A stretch of 32,000 bases of DNA from Flavobacteriaceae bacterium (GTDB taxonomy: Bacteria; Bacteroidota; Bacteroidia; Flavobacteriales; Flavobacteriaceae), in assembly GCA_965224465.1 (NCBI GenBank), contig OZ245049.1, positions 4,800,001-4,832,000 on the forward strand, given 5' to 3'. The notes beneath the pieces were generated by a model. That model had not been told where the DNA came from. It saw only the letters and a list, made by a program, of their open reading frames with translations, and made no database searches. The position numbers were made by a program, and so were the translations under genes. The first letter of the stretch is position 1. Each line of letters begins with the position of its first letter. Below are positions 1-9,300 of the stretch, one piece after another.

Positions 1-2
1 TT

Positions 3-398
3 CAAGTAAAGGGAGTGCACTTAAAAGAGGGCTTTAGAGATGTATTACAGGACAAAGGGAGTGATTTTACACAAAAGTTTCAAAGAGAAGGGTTTTGTGT
101 GAGTGCTTCTTTTCATACAAGAGAAAAATTGGAGGCATGTACCATTCCGTTCGATTATTTTCTATTGAGCCCTGTGTTTGATTCTCTTTCTAAAAAGGGA
201 TACAAAGGCAAAGGGTTTGATGTTTCTAATTCCCATAAAACCATTGTAGGCTTGGGAGGAATTACAGAAAAAACAATTCCATCAATGGAGCGATTAGGTT
301 ATAAAGGAATGGCTGTCTTAGGAGCGGTATGGGGGACTGAAAACCCGGTGCTTGGGTTTAAAAAAATAAAAGAATCTTATGAGTCTTGTAGTACATAA
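3..398 (+). CDS. Thiamine-phosphate synthase family protein (ThiE/TenI-like), 5'-truncated by the window edge
   Basis: The frame is open from base 3 to the stop at 398 with no upstream stop, so the listed GTG at 15 is probably internal. ThiE-fold C-terminal motifs are present (FDYFLLSPVFDS.SK, VGLGGI, MAVLGAVW). It lies immediately upstream of and overlaps thiD. Confidence 0.7.
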   Translation, partial: QVKGVHLKEGFRDVLQDKGSDFTQKFQREGFCVSASFHTREKLEACTIPFDYFLLSPVFDSLSKKGYKGKGFDVSNSHKTIVGLGGITEKTIPSMERLGYKGMAVLGAVWGTENPVLGFKKIKESYESCST

Positions 399-1155
399 AA
401 GAACAGGTCAAAGGCCATTGGTATTGACTATTGCTGGGTTTGATCCCTCTAGCGGGGCTGGGCTTACAGCGGATATAAAAACGATGGAGTCTTTAAAATG
501 CTATGGGCTATCTGTGTGTACTGCCAATACTGTTCAGAACGATGTATTGTTTAAAAGTTGCCATTGGACCTCTCTTGAAATCATGAAAAATCAAATTGAT
601 GTGTTGTTTGAACGCTTTGATATTGACTTTGTGAAAATAGGAATAGTGGAAAGTTGGGAGGTTTTAGACGCTTTGATTTCTGTAGTATTGACAAAGAATG
701 CGGGTGTGAAAATCATTTTAGACCCCGTGTTAAAATCGAGTTCAAACTTTGTTTTTCACTCAAAGGGAAGACAGGAGTCTATATTTGATGGCATCTTAAA
801 AAAAATTCACCTGATAACTCCTAATTATAAGGAGATTAAATTGTTGTATGCTGATAAAAGTTTGGAGGAGACCATTGCTTATATTTCTAAGCATACATCT
901 GTACTTTTAAAAGGCGGTCATAGAGAAGATTTTTTAGGGAAGGATGTCTTGTTTCATTGCAATGGAACTTCTTTTGAAATGCTTCCAAGTGATGCTGATT
1001 GTACAGAAAAGCATGGAAGTGGTTGTGTTTTGTCGGCTGCAATTACTTGTTTTTTAGCCCAGGGATTCTCCTTAGAAGCAGCCTGTTTAAAAGGCAAGCG
1101 ATATACAGAAAAATTATTGAGTTCTACTACAAACTTATTGGGTTATCATGGATAA
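379..1155 (+). CDS. thiD: Hydroxymethylpyrimidine/phosphomethylpyrimidine kinase
   Basis: 258 aa. N-terminal LTIAGFDPSSGAGLTADIKT and C-terminal HGSGCVLSAAI are the classic ThiD/PfkB-fold motifs. Thi operon context, with a 20 nt overlap with the upstream gene. Confidence 0.9.
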   Translation: MSLVVHKRTGQRPLVLTIAGFDPSSGAGLTADIKTMESLKCYGLSVCTANTVQNDVLFKSCHWTSLEIMKNQIDVLFERFDIDFVKIGIVESWEVLDALISVVLTKNAGVKIILDPVLKSSSNFVFHSKGRQESIFDGILKKIHLITPNYKEIKLLYADKSLEETIAYISKHTSVLLKGGHREDFLGKDVLFHCNGTSFEMLPSDADCTEKHGSGCVLSAAITCFLAQGFSLEAACLKGKRYTEKLLSSTTNLLGYHG

Positions 1156-1768
1156 ATTATATTATATCTCTCAGGGAAATCATTTAGAAAATATACAAAA
1201 AGTATGTGAGTCAGGTGTTCGATTGGTTCAGTTGAGACTAAAAAACAAGCCGCTAGAGACCTATATTCAAATCGCTTTACAAGCAAAAGAAATATGTGAT
1301 TCTTACGGTGCTATTTTAATTATTAATGATAATGTTGAGGTAGCAGTACGTATAAATACACAAGGTGTTCATTTGGGGAAATCAGATAGCAGTCCTAAAA
1401 AGGCAAGGCTTTTATTAGGCAAAGATAAAATAATTGGAGCTACTGCAAATACCTATGAAGACTGTGTAGCATTGCTCGATCAACAGGTAGATTATATAGG
1501 CTTAGGTCCTTTTAGATTTACGAATACAAAACAACATTTAAGCCCAATTCTAGGATTGCAAGGCTATATAAATATTCTTAAGAAGCTTAAAAAAAGAGGG
1601 TGTAATACACCTATCTATGCTATTGGAGGCATCCAAAAGGAAGATGTAGAGGCGCTTTTTAAAACAAACATTAACGGTGTTGCTGTTTCGGGCATTTTGT
1701 CAGGAAAAACAACAGCAGAAATAAAATCAGACTATGAGTACATTAGTAATTGCGGGAACCGAATTTAA
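1148..1768 (+). CDS. thiE: Thiamine-phosphate synthase
   Basis: 206 aa. Motifs: [51 protein letters not shown] overlap with the thiD stop. Confidence 0.9.
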   Translation: MDKLYYISQGNHLENIQKVCESGVRLVQLRLKNKPLETYIQIALQAKEICDSYGAILIINDNVEVAVRINTQGVHLGKSDSSPKKARLLLGKDKIIGATANTYEDCVALLDQQVDYIGLGPFRFTNTKQHLSPILGLQGYINILKKLKKRGCNTPIYAIGGIQKEDVEALFKTNINGVAVSGILSGKTTAEIKSDYEYISNCGNRI

Positions 1769-2501
1769 ATCGAGATTATTTACCGGAACAGGTAAGTTTA
1801 GTGATTCATTATTGATGGAAGAAGCCATTTTGGCATCAGAAAGTGAATTGGTAACAATGGCGTTAAAAAGAGTGAATCTCAAGGATGATCAGGATGATAT
1901 TTTATCACATTTGACAGGTGCTTCTATCAATTTATTGCCAAACACCTCTGGGGTAAGAACTGCTAAGGAAGCTGTTTTTGCAGCAGAATTAGCGAGAGAG
2001 GCACTCGGAACTAATTGGATCAAATTAGAAATTCACCCAGATCCAAAATACTTATTACCAGACCCGATAGAGACTTTAATGGCAGCAGAGGAATTGGTGA
2101 AATTAGGTTTTGTAGTGATGCCTTATATCCATGCAGATCCAGTGTTGTGTAAGCGGTTAGAAGATGTTGGCGTCCAAGCAGTGATGCCTTTAGGTGCTCC
2201 TATAGGAACTAATATGGGCTTGAAAACATTGGAGTTTTTGGAGATTATTATTGCACAAAGCAATGTTCCTGTGGTGGTAGACGCAGGGCTAGGTGCTCCA
2301 TCTCATGCTGCTTTGGCAATGGAGATAGGAGCAGATGCTGTGTTGGTAAATACTGCCATTGCAGTGTCAGGAAATCCTGTAGCAATGGCGAAGGCTTTTA
2401 AGTTGGCGGTAATTGCGGGAAGAATGGCTTATGAAGCAAAAATGGCACCGATTAAAAAACAAGCTGTAGCAAGTAGCCCCTTGACGCATTTTTTAAATTA
2501 A
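1734..2501 (+). CDS. thiG: Thiazole synthase
   Basis: 255 aa. Motifs: [51 protein letters not shown]. These are highly characteristic of ThiG. Confidence 0.95.
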   Translation: MSTLVIAGTEFKSRLFTGTGKFSDSLLMEEAILASESELVTMALKRVNLKDDQDDILSHLTGASINLLPNTSGVRTAKEAVFAAELAREALGTNWIKLEIHPDPKYLLPDPIETLMAAEELVKLGFVVMPYIHADPVLCKRLEDVGVQAVMPLGAPIGTNMGLKTLEFLEIIIAQSNVPVVVDAGLGAPSHAALAMEIGADAVLVNTAIAVSGNPVAMAKAFKLAVIAGRMAYEAKMAPIKKQAVASSPLTHFLN

Positions 2502-2523
2502 AGGCCTGTAAAAAAACAATTTT

Positions 2524-3648
2524 ATGAAGACATTTAAAGAAGCACTAAGCGCCTGCGATTGGAAGGAAACTTTACAAAGTATTTTTGATAAGACCGAAAG
2601 TGATGTCTTACGTGCTTTGGGAAAGACGCATCGCGATTTAGAAGATTTTAAAGCCTTGATTTCTCCAGCTGCAAAACCGTATTTGGAGCAGATGGCTCAA
2701 TTGAGTAGTCAGTTGACAAAAAAACGTTTCGGAAATACCATTCAGATGTATGTGCCGCTGTATTTGAGTAACGAATGTCATAATATATGTACTTATTGTG
2801 GTTTTAGTATGACCAATAAAATTCCAAGAAGAACCCTAACGGATGCTGAAATATTAAAAGAAGTAGCCTATTTAAAGTCCAAAGGATATGATCAGATTTT
2901 ATTGGTGACAGGGGAAGCAAACAAAAGTGTAGGAGTGCCATATATTAACAATGCCATTCGTTTAATGCGGGCTCATTTTTCCAATATTTCTATTGAAGTG
3001 CAGCCTTTAGCAACCGATGAATATGAATTGTTGATAAAAAACGGATTGCATTCGGTGATGGTTTATCAAGAAACATATCATAAAGATGCTTATAAAAAAC
3101 ACCACCCAAAAGGTAAAAAATCAAATTTTGATTTCCGTTTAGAAACACCAGAAAGATTAGGAGAAGCAGGGATTCATAAAATAGGACTTGGAGCCTTGTT
3201 GGGGCTAGAAGATTGGAGGGCAGATAGCTTTTTTACTGCCATGCATTTAAAATTCTTACAAAAGCGATTTTGGAAAACAAAGTATTCTATTTCTTTTCCT
3301 AGATTGCGCCCGCATTCTGGAGGATTGGAACCTAAAGTAGCCATGGACGATGCCGATTTAGTACAGTTAATTTGTGCTTTTAGGTTGCTGGACGAGGATG
3401 TTGAAATGTCTATATCTACCAGAGAAAGTGAAGTGTTTAGAAATAATATTGTACAACTAGGGATTACATCTATAAGTGCTGAGTCTAAGACAAACCCTGG
3501 AGGTTATGTGGTTGAAAAACAATCTTTAGAACAGTTTGAAATTTCTGATGATCGAAGTACAGAAGAAGTGGCTGAAATGTTAAAAAAGCAAGGCATAGAG
3601 GCGGTATGGAAAGATTGGGAAAATAACTGGAGCTACTCTAAACCCTAA
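2524..3648 (+). CDS. thiH: 2-iminoacetate synthase (tyrosine lyase), radical SAM
   Basis: 374 aa. Radical-SAM cluster motif CHNICTYCGF (CxxxCxxC). The length and position after thiG fit ThiH. Confidence 0.9.
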   Translation: MKTFKEALSACDWKETLQSIFDKTESDVLRALGKTHRDLEDFKALISPAAKPYLEQMAQLSSQLTKKRFGNTIQMYVPLYLSNECHNICTYCGFSMTNKIPRRTLTDAEILKEVAYLKSKGYDQILLVTGEANKSVGVPYINNAIRLMRAHFSNISIEVQPLATDEYELLIKNGLHSVMVYQETYHKDAYKKHHPKGKKSNFDFRLETPERLGEAGIHKIGLGALLGLEDWRADSFFTAMHLKFLQKRFWKTKYSISFPRLRPHSGGLEPKVAMDDADLVQLICAFRLLDEDVEMSISTRESEVFRNNIVQLGITSISAESKTNPGGYVVEKQSLEQFEISDDRSTEEVAEMLKKQGIEAVWKDWENNWSYSKP

Positions 3649-3652
3649 GATA

Positions 3653-4708
3653 ATGAAGTTTTCTATAGAGGAACAAAAACAATACAGCCGTCATTTAATG
3701 CTGAACGAAATAGGTGAGCAAGGGCAATTGAAACTTAAAAAAGCAAGGGTTCTTGTGATTGGTGCTGGTGGATTGGGCTGTCCTGTATTGCAAATTATAG
3801 CAGCTGCAGGTGTTGGAACAATTGGAATTATAGACGATGATAAAGTGGAGCAGAGTAATTTGCAACGCCAATTATTGTATACCCATCAGGATCTAGGTGA
3901 TTATAAAGTAGCAGCAGCAGCCAAGCGTTTGAGTGGCTTAAACCCTTATATTCGTTTTGTAACTTATAGGGAAAGATTGACCGCTCTAAATGCCATTTCT
4001 ATGTTTTCTAATTATGATATTATTGTAGATGGTTCAGATAATTTCCCAACACGCTATTTGGTAAATGATGCCGCTGTTTTGGTAGGGAAACCATTGGTGT
4101 TTGCTTCCATTTTTAAATTTGAAGGACAGGTTTCGGTATTCAATTATAAAAATGGCCCTACTTATAGGTGCTTATTTCCGTCGGCTCCAGAGGCGCATGC
4201 CATGCCTTCGTGTTCTGAAATAGGGGTGTTTAGTGTACTTCCAAGTCTTGTTGCTGCCTTTCAGGCCAATGAGGTGCTCAAAATAATTTGTGAAATTGGC
4301 AGCGTATTGTCGGGGAAGTTATGGACTTTAAATGCACTTAGTTTAGAACAACGTGTATTTGAATTCTCTAAAAATAAGGCAGATGTAATTACTAGGCTAG
4401 AAAAGGATTACGGATTGTTTTGTGGTCTTTCTGCCCCTGTTTCCGAAATAACATTGGAAGTTTTAATGGCAAATAGGGACTCCTATATGCTGTTGGATGT
4501 GAGGACAGAAGAAGAAAGGGAAGCGTTTCATATTGGTGGAACTCATATTCCGTTGGATGCACTTCGTAATAGGTTTGTAGAACTGAAAACAGCAAAAGAA
4601 ATTGTGGTGTATTGTAAGTCTGGACTTAGAAGTAAAAAAGCCATTCAATTATTACAAGAATTGGGTTTGAAAAATGTTTTTATTAATTTAAAAGGGGGTT
4701 GTTTTTAA
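3653..4708 (+). CDS. thiF: ThiF/MoeB-family adenylyltransferase fused to a C-terminal rhodanese domain (MoeZ-like sulfur-carrier activating enzyme)
   Basis: 351 aa. Rossmann motif VLVIGAGGLGCPV, then DDDKVEQSNLQRQ. The C-terminal ~100 aa carries the rhodanese active-site loop VVYCKSGLRSKKA. It is the last gene of the thi operon. Confidence 0.85.
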   Translation: MKFSIEEQKQYSRHLMLNEIGEQGQLKLKKARVLVIGAGGLGCPVLQIIAAAGVGTIGIIDDDKVEQSNLQRQLLYTHQDLGDYKVAAAAKRLSGLNPYIRFVTYRERLTALNAISMFSNYDIIVDGSDNFPTRYLVNDAAVLVGKPLVFASIFKFEGQVSVFNYKNGPTYRCLFPSAPEAHAMPSCSEIGVFSVLPSLVAAFQANEVLKIICEIGSVLSGKLWTLNALSLEQRVFEFSKNKADVITRLEKDYGLFCGLSAPVSEITLEVLMANRDSYMLLDVRTEEEREAFHIGGTHIPLDALRNRFVELKTAKEIVVYCKSGLRSKKAIQLLQELGLKNVFINLKGGCF

Positions 4709-4770
4709 GCGCTGTTTTTTAGGGTGAAATAATAAAATATGTCCTGTTTCATGTCAATTTAGTCTCAGAA

Positions 4771-4808
4771 TAGCGTGTCGTAGCCTAGGTTACGACACGC
4801 TATTTTTT
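4771..4808 (+). terminator. Rho-independent terminator of the thi operon
   Basis: Perfect 12 bp stem TAGCGTGTCGTA / TACGACACGCTA (4771-4782 / 4791-4802) with an 8 nt loop, followed by TTTTTT. Confidence 0.8.
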
Positions 4809-4828
4809 AATCCCTCATTTAACTATTT

Positions 4829-4936
4829 AACACCAAATATATTTCCAAATGACGATTTAGGAATGTAATTATTTTCTGTTTGAGTGTTGTTAAACTATTT
4901 ACATCAGTCATTTGGATTGTAATTCCCAGAGGGCTT
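4829..4936 (+). repeat. Internally deleted copy of the ~160 bp TIR-bearing intergenic repeat (left arm plus right arm, centre missing)
   Basis: CACCAAATATATTTCCAAATGACGATTTAGGAATGTAATTATTTTCTGTTT aligns with the left arm of the full copies. AAACTATTTACATCAGTCATTTGGATTGTAATT aligns with the right arm. About 50 nt of the central section are absent. Confidence 0.7.
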
Positions 4937-5580
4937 GCCTCAAACAGAAAATATATCTCGAATTCTTGGATGTGGCTGTTTATTTTATGAAAATAAGACT
5001 TCAATATAACGATTCAGTATTTCAAAACTAATTGAATTTTAAAGAGTTTTTTTAAAAAACACCTGTTCTGTTTTCGAGAGCTTTTTTTTATAACGGTTAT
5101 TATAAGGTAATAGAAAGCTACTTGTTTTTTGATGTACCTAAGATTTGTTAAATAAATAACGGTATTAGTGTGCGTTTTGTGTTGGTTTGTGTATCTTTGT
5201 CGGCGAGGAATGTGCAAATGCTCCTTTTTTACATGCATTTAATTTGTTAAATCTGTATCATTATTTGGAGATATATCAAACGTATTTATAAATGACTTTT
5301 TAGAAAAAGAACTGTTTTTTCCTGATTCTATGCAGGAAATTTAAGGGTAATAACAGCCTTTTTTAGTTTTTTTAAAAACTAAAGGGAGGTAAGGCTTTGA
5401 TTTACAGGTTTTTTTGGGTTTGTTTTTTGTGTTGATTGAAAGGAGTAGAGAAGAACGCTCCTTGCTTTACATCAAAACGTGGGGTGCTTTCATGTTGATG
5501 ATAGGCTTAAAGATAAAAGAGTTTGTAAGCAGGAGACGCATTTAAACGGAATAACATCGTTTTTAAAAAAATAAAAAATT

Positions 5581-6309
5581 ATGCCAGGAAAACAAGCAGC
5601 AACAGTAGGAAGTAATCATACTTGTCCCATGTGTAGTGGGACAACACCACACGTAGGAGGTCCAGTAACTCACGGAGAACCTACGGTGCTATTTAACGGA
5701 AAACCCGTAGCAACTATAGGGAGTTTGTGTATATGTGTAGGAGCTCCAGATATGATAGTGCAAGGAAACCCAACCGTATTAATTAATGGGAACCCGATAG
5801 CCTGTGTTGGTGATATGACAGCTCATGGAGGTGTAATCATCTCAGGGTCTTCAAATATTATTATTGGTAGTAGAACCTCCAATCCTCCTACTGAAATAAT
5901 GCCTATAAAAAGAATACCCTTTCCTAAAATCACATTTGTAAATAGATTATTTGGCAATGCAAAAGAAGCCATTGCCAATCAGCAGAAGATTAAAGAACTT
6001 TCTGAATCTAATGATGGTGAACCGATTATATATAATTTACAGTGGGTTAAAGATGAGAAGATAACGAAAGAGTCAAAAGAATTAAAAGAAGTCACTTTAC
6101 GTGCGAATGTTCTAAATATTCCTGATGGAGAAACCTTAGTGTTTACCGTTAAAAGACCTCTTAAATCTACCAATGATACTGGGGACAGTACAGAAGATAC
6201 AGAAGATCTTGTTGAGTTAAAAGGTACGGTACAAGATAAAAAGGTTGAGCTTATTTGGAAAATTAAAGACTTTACTGAAGAGAGCAATCAAAAATCAAGT
6301 CAAAATTAA
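5581..6309 (+). CDS. PAAR-domain spike-tip protein with a ~145 aa C-terminal extension
   Basis: 242 aa. The N-terminal ~97 aa has the three-fold PAAR-like repeat pattern with Cys/His ligands (HTCPMCSG..PHVGGPV, TVLFNGKPVATIGSLCIC, TVLINGNPIACVGDMTAHGG). The rest is charged and Ser/Thr/Asp-rich. Its stop lies 2 nt before the next ATG. Confidence 0.8.
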   Translation: MPGKQAATVGSNHTCPMCSGTTPHVGGPVTHGEPTVLFNGKPVATIGSLCICVGAPDMIVQGNPTVLINGNPIACVGDMTAHGGVIISGSSNIIIGSRTSNPPTEIMPIKRIPFPKITFVNRLFGNAKEAIANQQKIKELSESNDGEPIIYNLQWVKDEKITKESKELKEVTLRANVLNIPDGETLVFTVKRPLKSTNDTGDSTEDTEDLVELKGTVQDKKVELIWKIKDFTEESNQKSSQN

Positions 6310-6311
6310 AA

Positions 6312-9300
6312 ATGACCAATCAAAAAAACGCATTTAATGATGTTATTGAAACTTTATCATTTACGGTAAAAGGTGCTGGAGTTGAATCTGAAGAAGAAGC
6401 AAAAATAGAGATTAAGAAAAAAGGAATTTATTTACATTTTTTGCGTTTGGGACTATTTGATAGAAATGCAAAAAATCAAGATGAACTAGATGTTAATTAC
6501 ACAACTAACATAGATGAAAACACGACGATTACACCTGAGCAACAGCGATTGATTAAATTTAATAATAATTTAATTGAAAGCTGTTTAGTTAAAATAGATA
6601 ATACGAGAGTTGCTAAACCTGTTGACAAGTTTATAAATTATCAAGAAAAAGAAATTTCTTTAGACAAAGTTACTGTCTACACTAAAGAAGGGCTGTCTGG
6701 GTTGAAAAACTTTTACTTTCATCCCACAAATTTAAGTACAGGGTATATTTATTTGATGAATGATGATGACCCTAATGACTATTGCGAATTACATGTTGAC
6801 GATTTTGGTAAACTCAATTATGTTGAATGGAAGTTCAAACGTAATATTGGTAAAGATGCTAAGGAACTGGATGTAAGAGCGCCTTCAGTAACATCAATAA
6901 AAAGTAAAAGAATACACCCGCCAGGAAAAAAGCTATGGGTTGCTTATTCTGCTACACAATGGTCTAGAGAATATCACGCCGACTTAAATTCTGATAGAGA
7001 AAAACGTAAAAAGCGCATGAAACTTTTTGATTGCGTAGCCATTAAAAAAGGAGGGCAGAAAGATAAAGCGTCTACAGATAAACATTTAGGTGGGGAGGAA
7101 GATTATAGAATTAAGCCTATATCCTACAGAGAGGTAGAGGCAATGTATTCTGTAAAAAACAAATCTGAGGCTTATGCATTTCAGAAAACGTTACATGAAA
7201 TTCATGCCGATGAGAAAAGAGAAGATCTAAAAGGAACGAATGATACCTTTGAAGACTTATTCTTTATTATTGATGATCCTATAGGTATTGCAGAAGATGT
7301 TGGGGGGCTTTTAGATGAAGCACATGATAAACATAGAGCAACGGTAGAGTCTATACAAACCGGAGAAGATGAAAAGGATATTTTTGAAAGATTACAAAAT
7401 AAACAGGAAGGGAAATCTGAATTTATTAATTCTGGGTATGGGCAACAGATAAATGCCTTATTCTGCAATGCACTTACGCTATACAAACTTGTAAATTGTG
7501 ATGAGAAAATAAAAGATGAATATGAGAAGTATTTAGATTATAAAAAAATAAATACCATTCTTGCTTTTTCATACCGAGAAAAACAGCGAGAAAGAATAAT
7601 GTACTTTAGACAGGATTTTTTAAGGATTTTAAAAAGCGATTATTATAAAATTTACTTTAATGATGGTTTAGGAGGAAACGATCAAGATACCTTTGAGGTA
7701 AGAAGTATTATTGCTTCTCACATGTCGCTATTAATCGAACACCCTCAACACAAAGATAGGTTTATAGATGTTATAGAAAAGTATAAAGGAAATAATGATA
7801 AGGATGTAGATAGTTTTATCGAAAGCTCAGTGAATTCTAATGATACTATTAGAAAACTGCTCACCAAAGAGTTTAATATAGACGATTTTAAACTAAGTTA
7901 CATAGCATTTAAAAATGGATTTACACTTTCTGCAATGATTGTAAAATCTATGAAAGATGGATTTGCAGCATATACTAAACATGCGGTAAGGGTTAAAGAT
8001 TTTAGAATTGTAGATGAATCGGTAAAGGCTTTTAAATCTAAAAGTGGTTGGAATATTAAAATTAAAACAAAATCTGCCAATAGTCATTTGGGAAAACTAA
8101 ATTTCGGATTGCATGTTAAAAGTATTAAAGAAACTCCCAATATCTCTTTTGATGGTAAAGGGAAAACAATTATAATTAAAACCTCTGAACGCATAGCAAA
8201 ACAAGCAGCCCTAAATAAAAGTATTATTATACCAGGGATTGGTTTAGGTACGAAGACCTCTAGAGTATTACAAAACCTACTAGAAAATCTTAATTTTAGA
8301 AAATTTATAGCAGGGATGGAACTGGTGATTACACTTATCAAAGTGAATAGTTACGCAGAGAAGGATTCGAATAAAAACCTTGTTAGTTTAGCAGGGGCTG
8401 GAGCTGATTTAACGTCCGCTGTATTGGCGTATCAAGAAGCTAGTATGCAATTGGAAAATGCAACTACCCGATCCCTTAGGTATATTGGAAAAATGGGTAG
8501 AGTAGCGGGTTTATTTGGCTCTGGTATCTCTGTAGCCATGTGTGTTAGGGATTCTATAGATAGTTATCAGCTTCGTGATATGGATGCGAGTATAACATGG
8601 GGTTTTACCGCAGTTGTGGGGGGTGTGTTGTTAGCCGATGGTATCGTAGCGTGTGCGGCTTGGTGGGCTGCAGGTACTGCAGTGGGTTTTTTGACTTTTG
8701 GTTGGGGGCTTGTATTCTTGGTCTTATTTGTAGGTCTTACAATGCTAGCTATGTATCTTACAGATAAGGCTTTGGAGAGGTTTTTAAAGAATAATATTTT
8801 AAGCAATGATAATCCTTTTAATTCCACCGAAACAATGCCTTATAAATATGTACAAGCATTGTATAATAACAGCGACACGCTGGTAGATAGTGAAGTTGCC
8901 AGATGGCGTGATTTTGTTGTCGCTTCAGATGATTTATACGATTTGTTAATTAGTTATAGAGTAGATTTTCAATATTTGGAAATGGTAGACTACAAGGAGA
9001 ATGAAAATGAAAAAGAATCCATGATGGATTATATACGTAGTGTTAATCAGATTGGTGCTGGTATGAAATCGATAACCTATAAAAAAATAGTCATTACCAT
9101 AATACTACAAAAATTTATACATAACGTAAGTGAATTTAATTATGCCTTGGTACTATTCCCTAAAGGATTAAAAAATAAGGAACCAGATAATGCAGCTATA
9201 TTTTTAAACAATACAGCAGTTCGGCTTATTGAATATAAAAAATTAGATGGATTACAAATAGAGTTTTCTATAAACAGTAATTTGCGAAAAATAATGACTA

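Noticed and set aside
999-1187. 62 aa plus-strand ORF overlapping the thiD 3' end
   Set aside because: It is an alternative frame of thiD/thiE, both of which have clear family motifs.
4819-5238. Two minus-strand ORFs (61 and 74 aa) in the leader upstream of the PAAR gene
   Set aside because: Their translations are low-complexity and Lys/Ile/Tyr-rich, as expected from AT-rich non-coding DNA. The first overlaps the truncated repeat copy. There is no start context or known family.
7202-8827. Minus-strand ORFs (60-94 aa) inside the 1077 aa gene, and 5979-6287 inside the PAAR gene
   Set aside because: All are antisense to long uninterrupted plus-strand ORFs. The 8567-8827 ORF merely mirrors the hydrophobic helix block.
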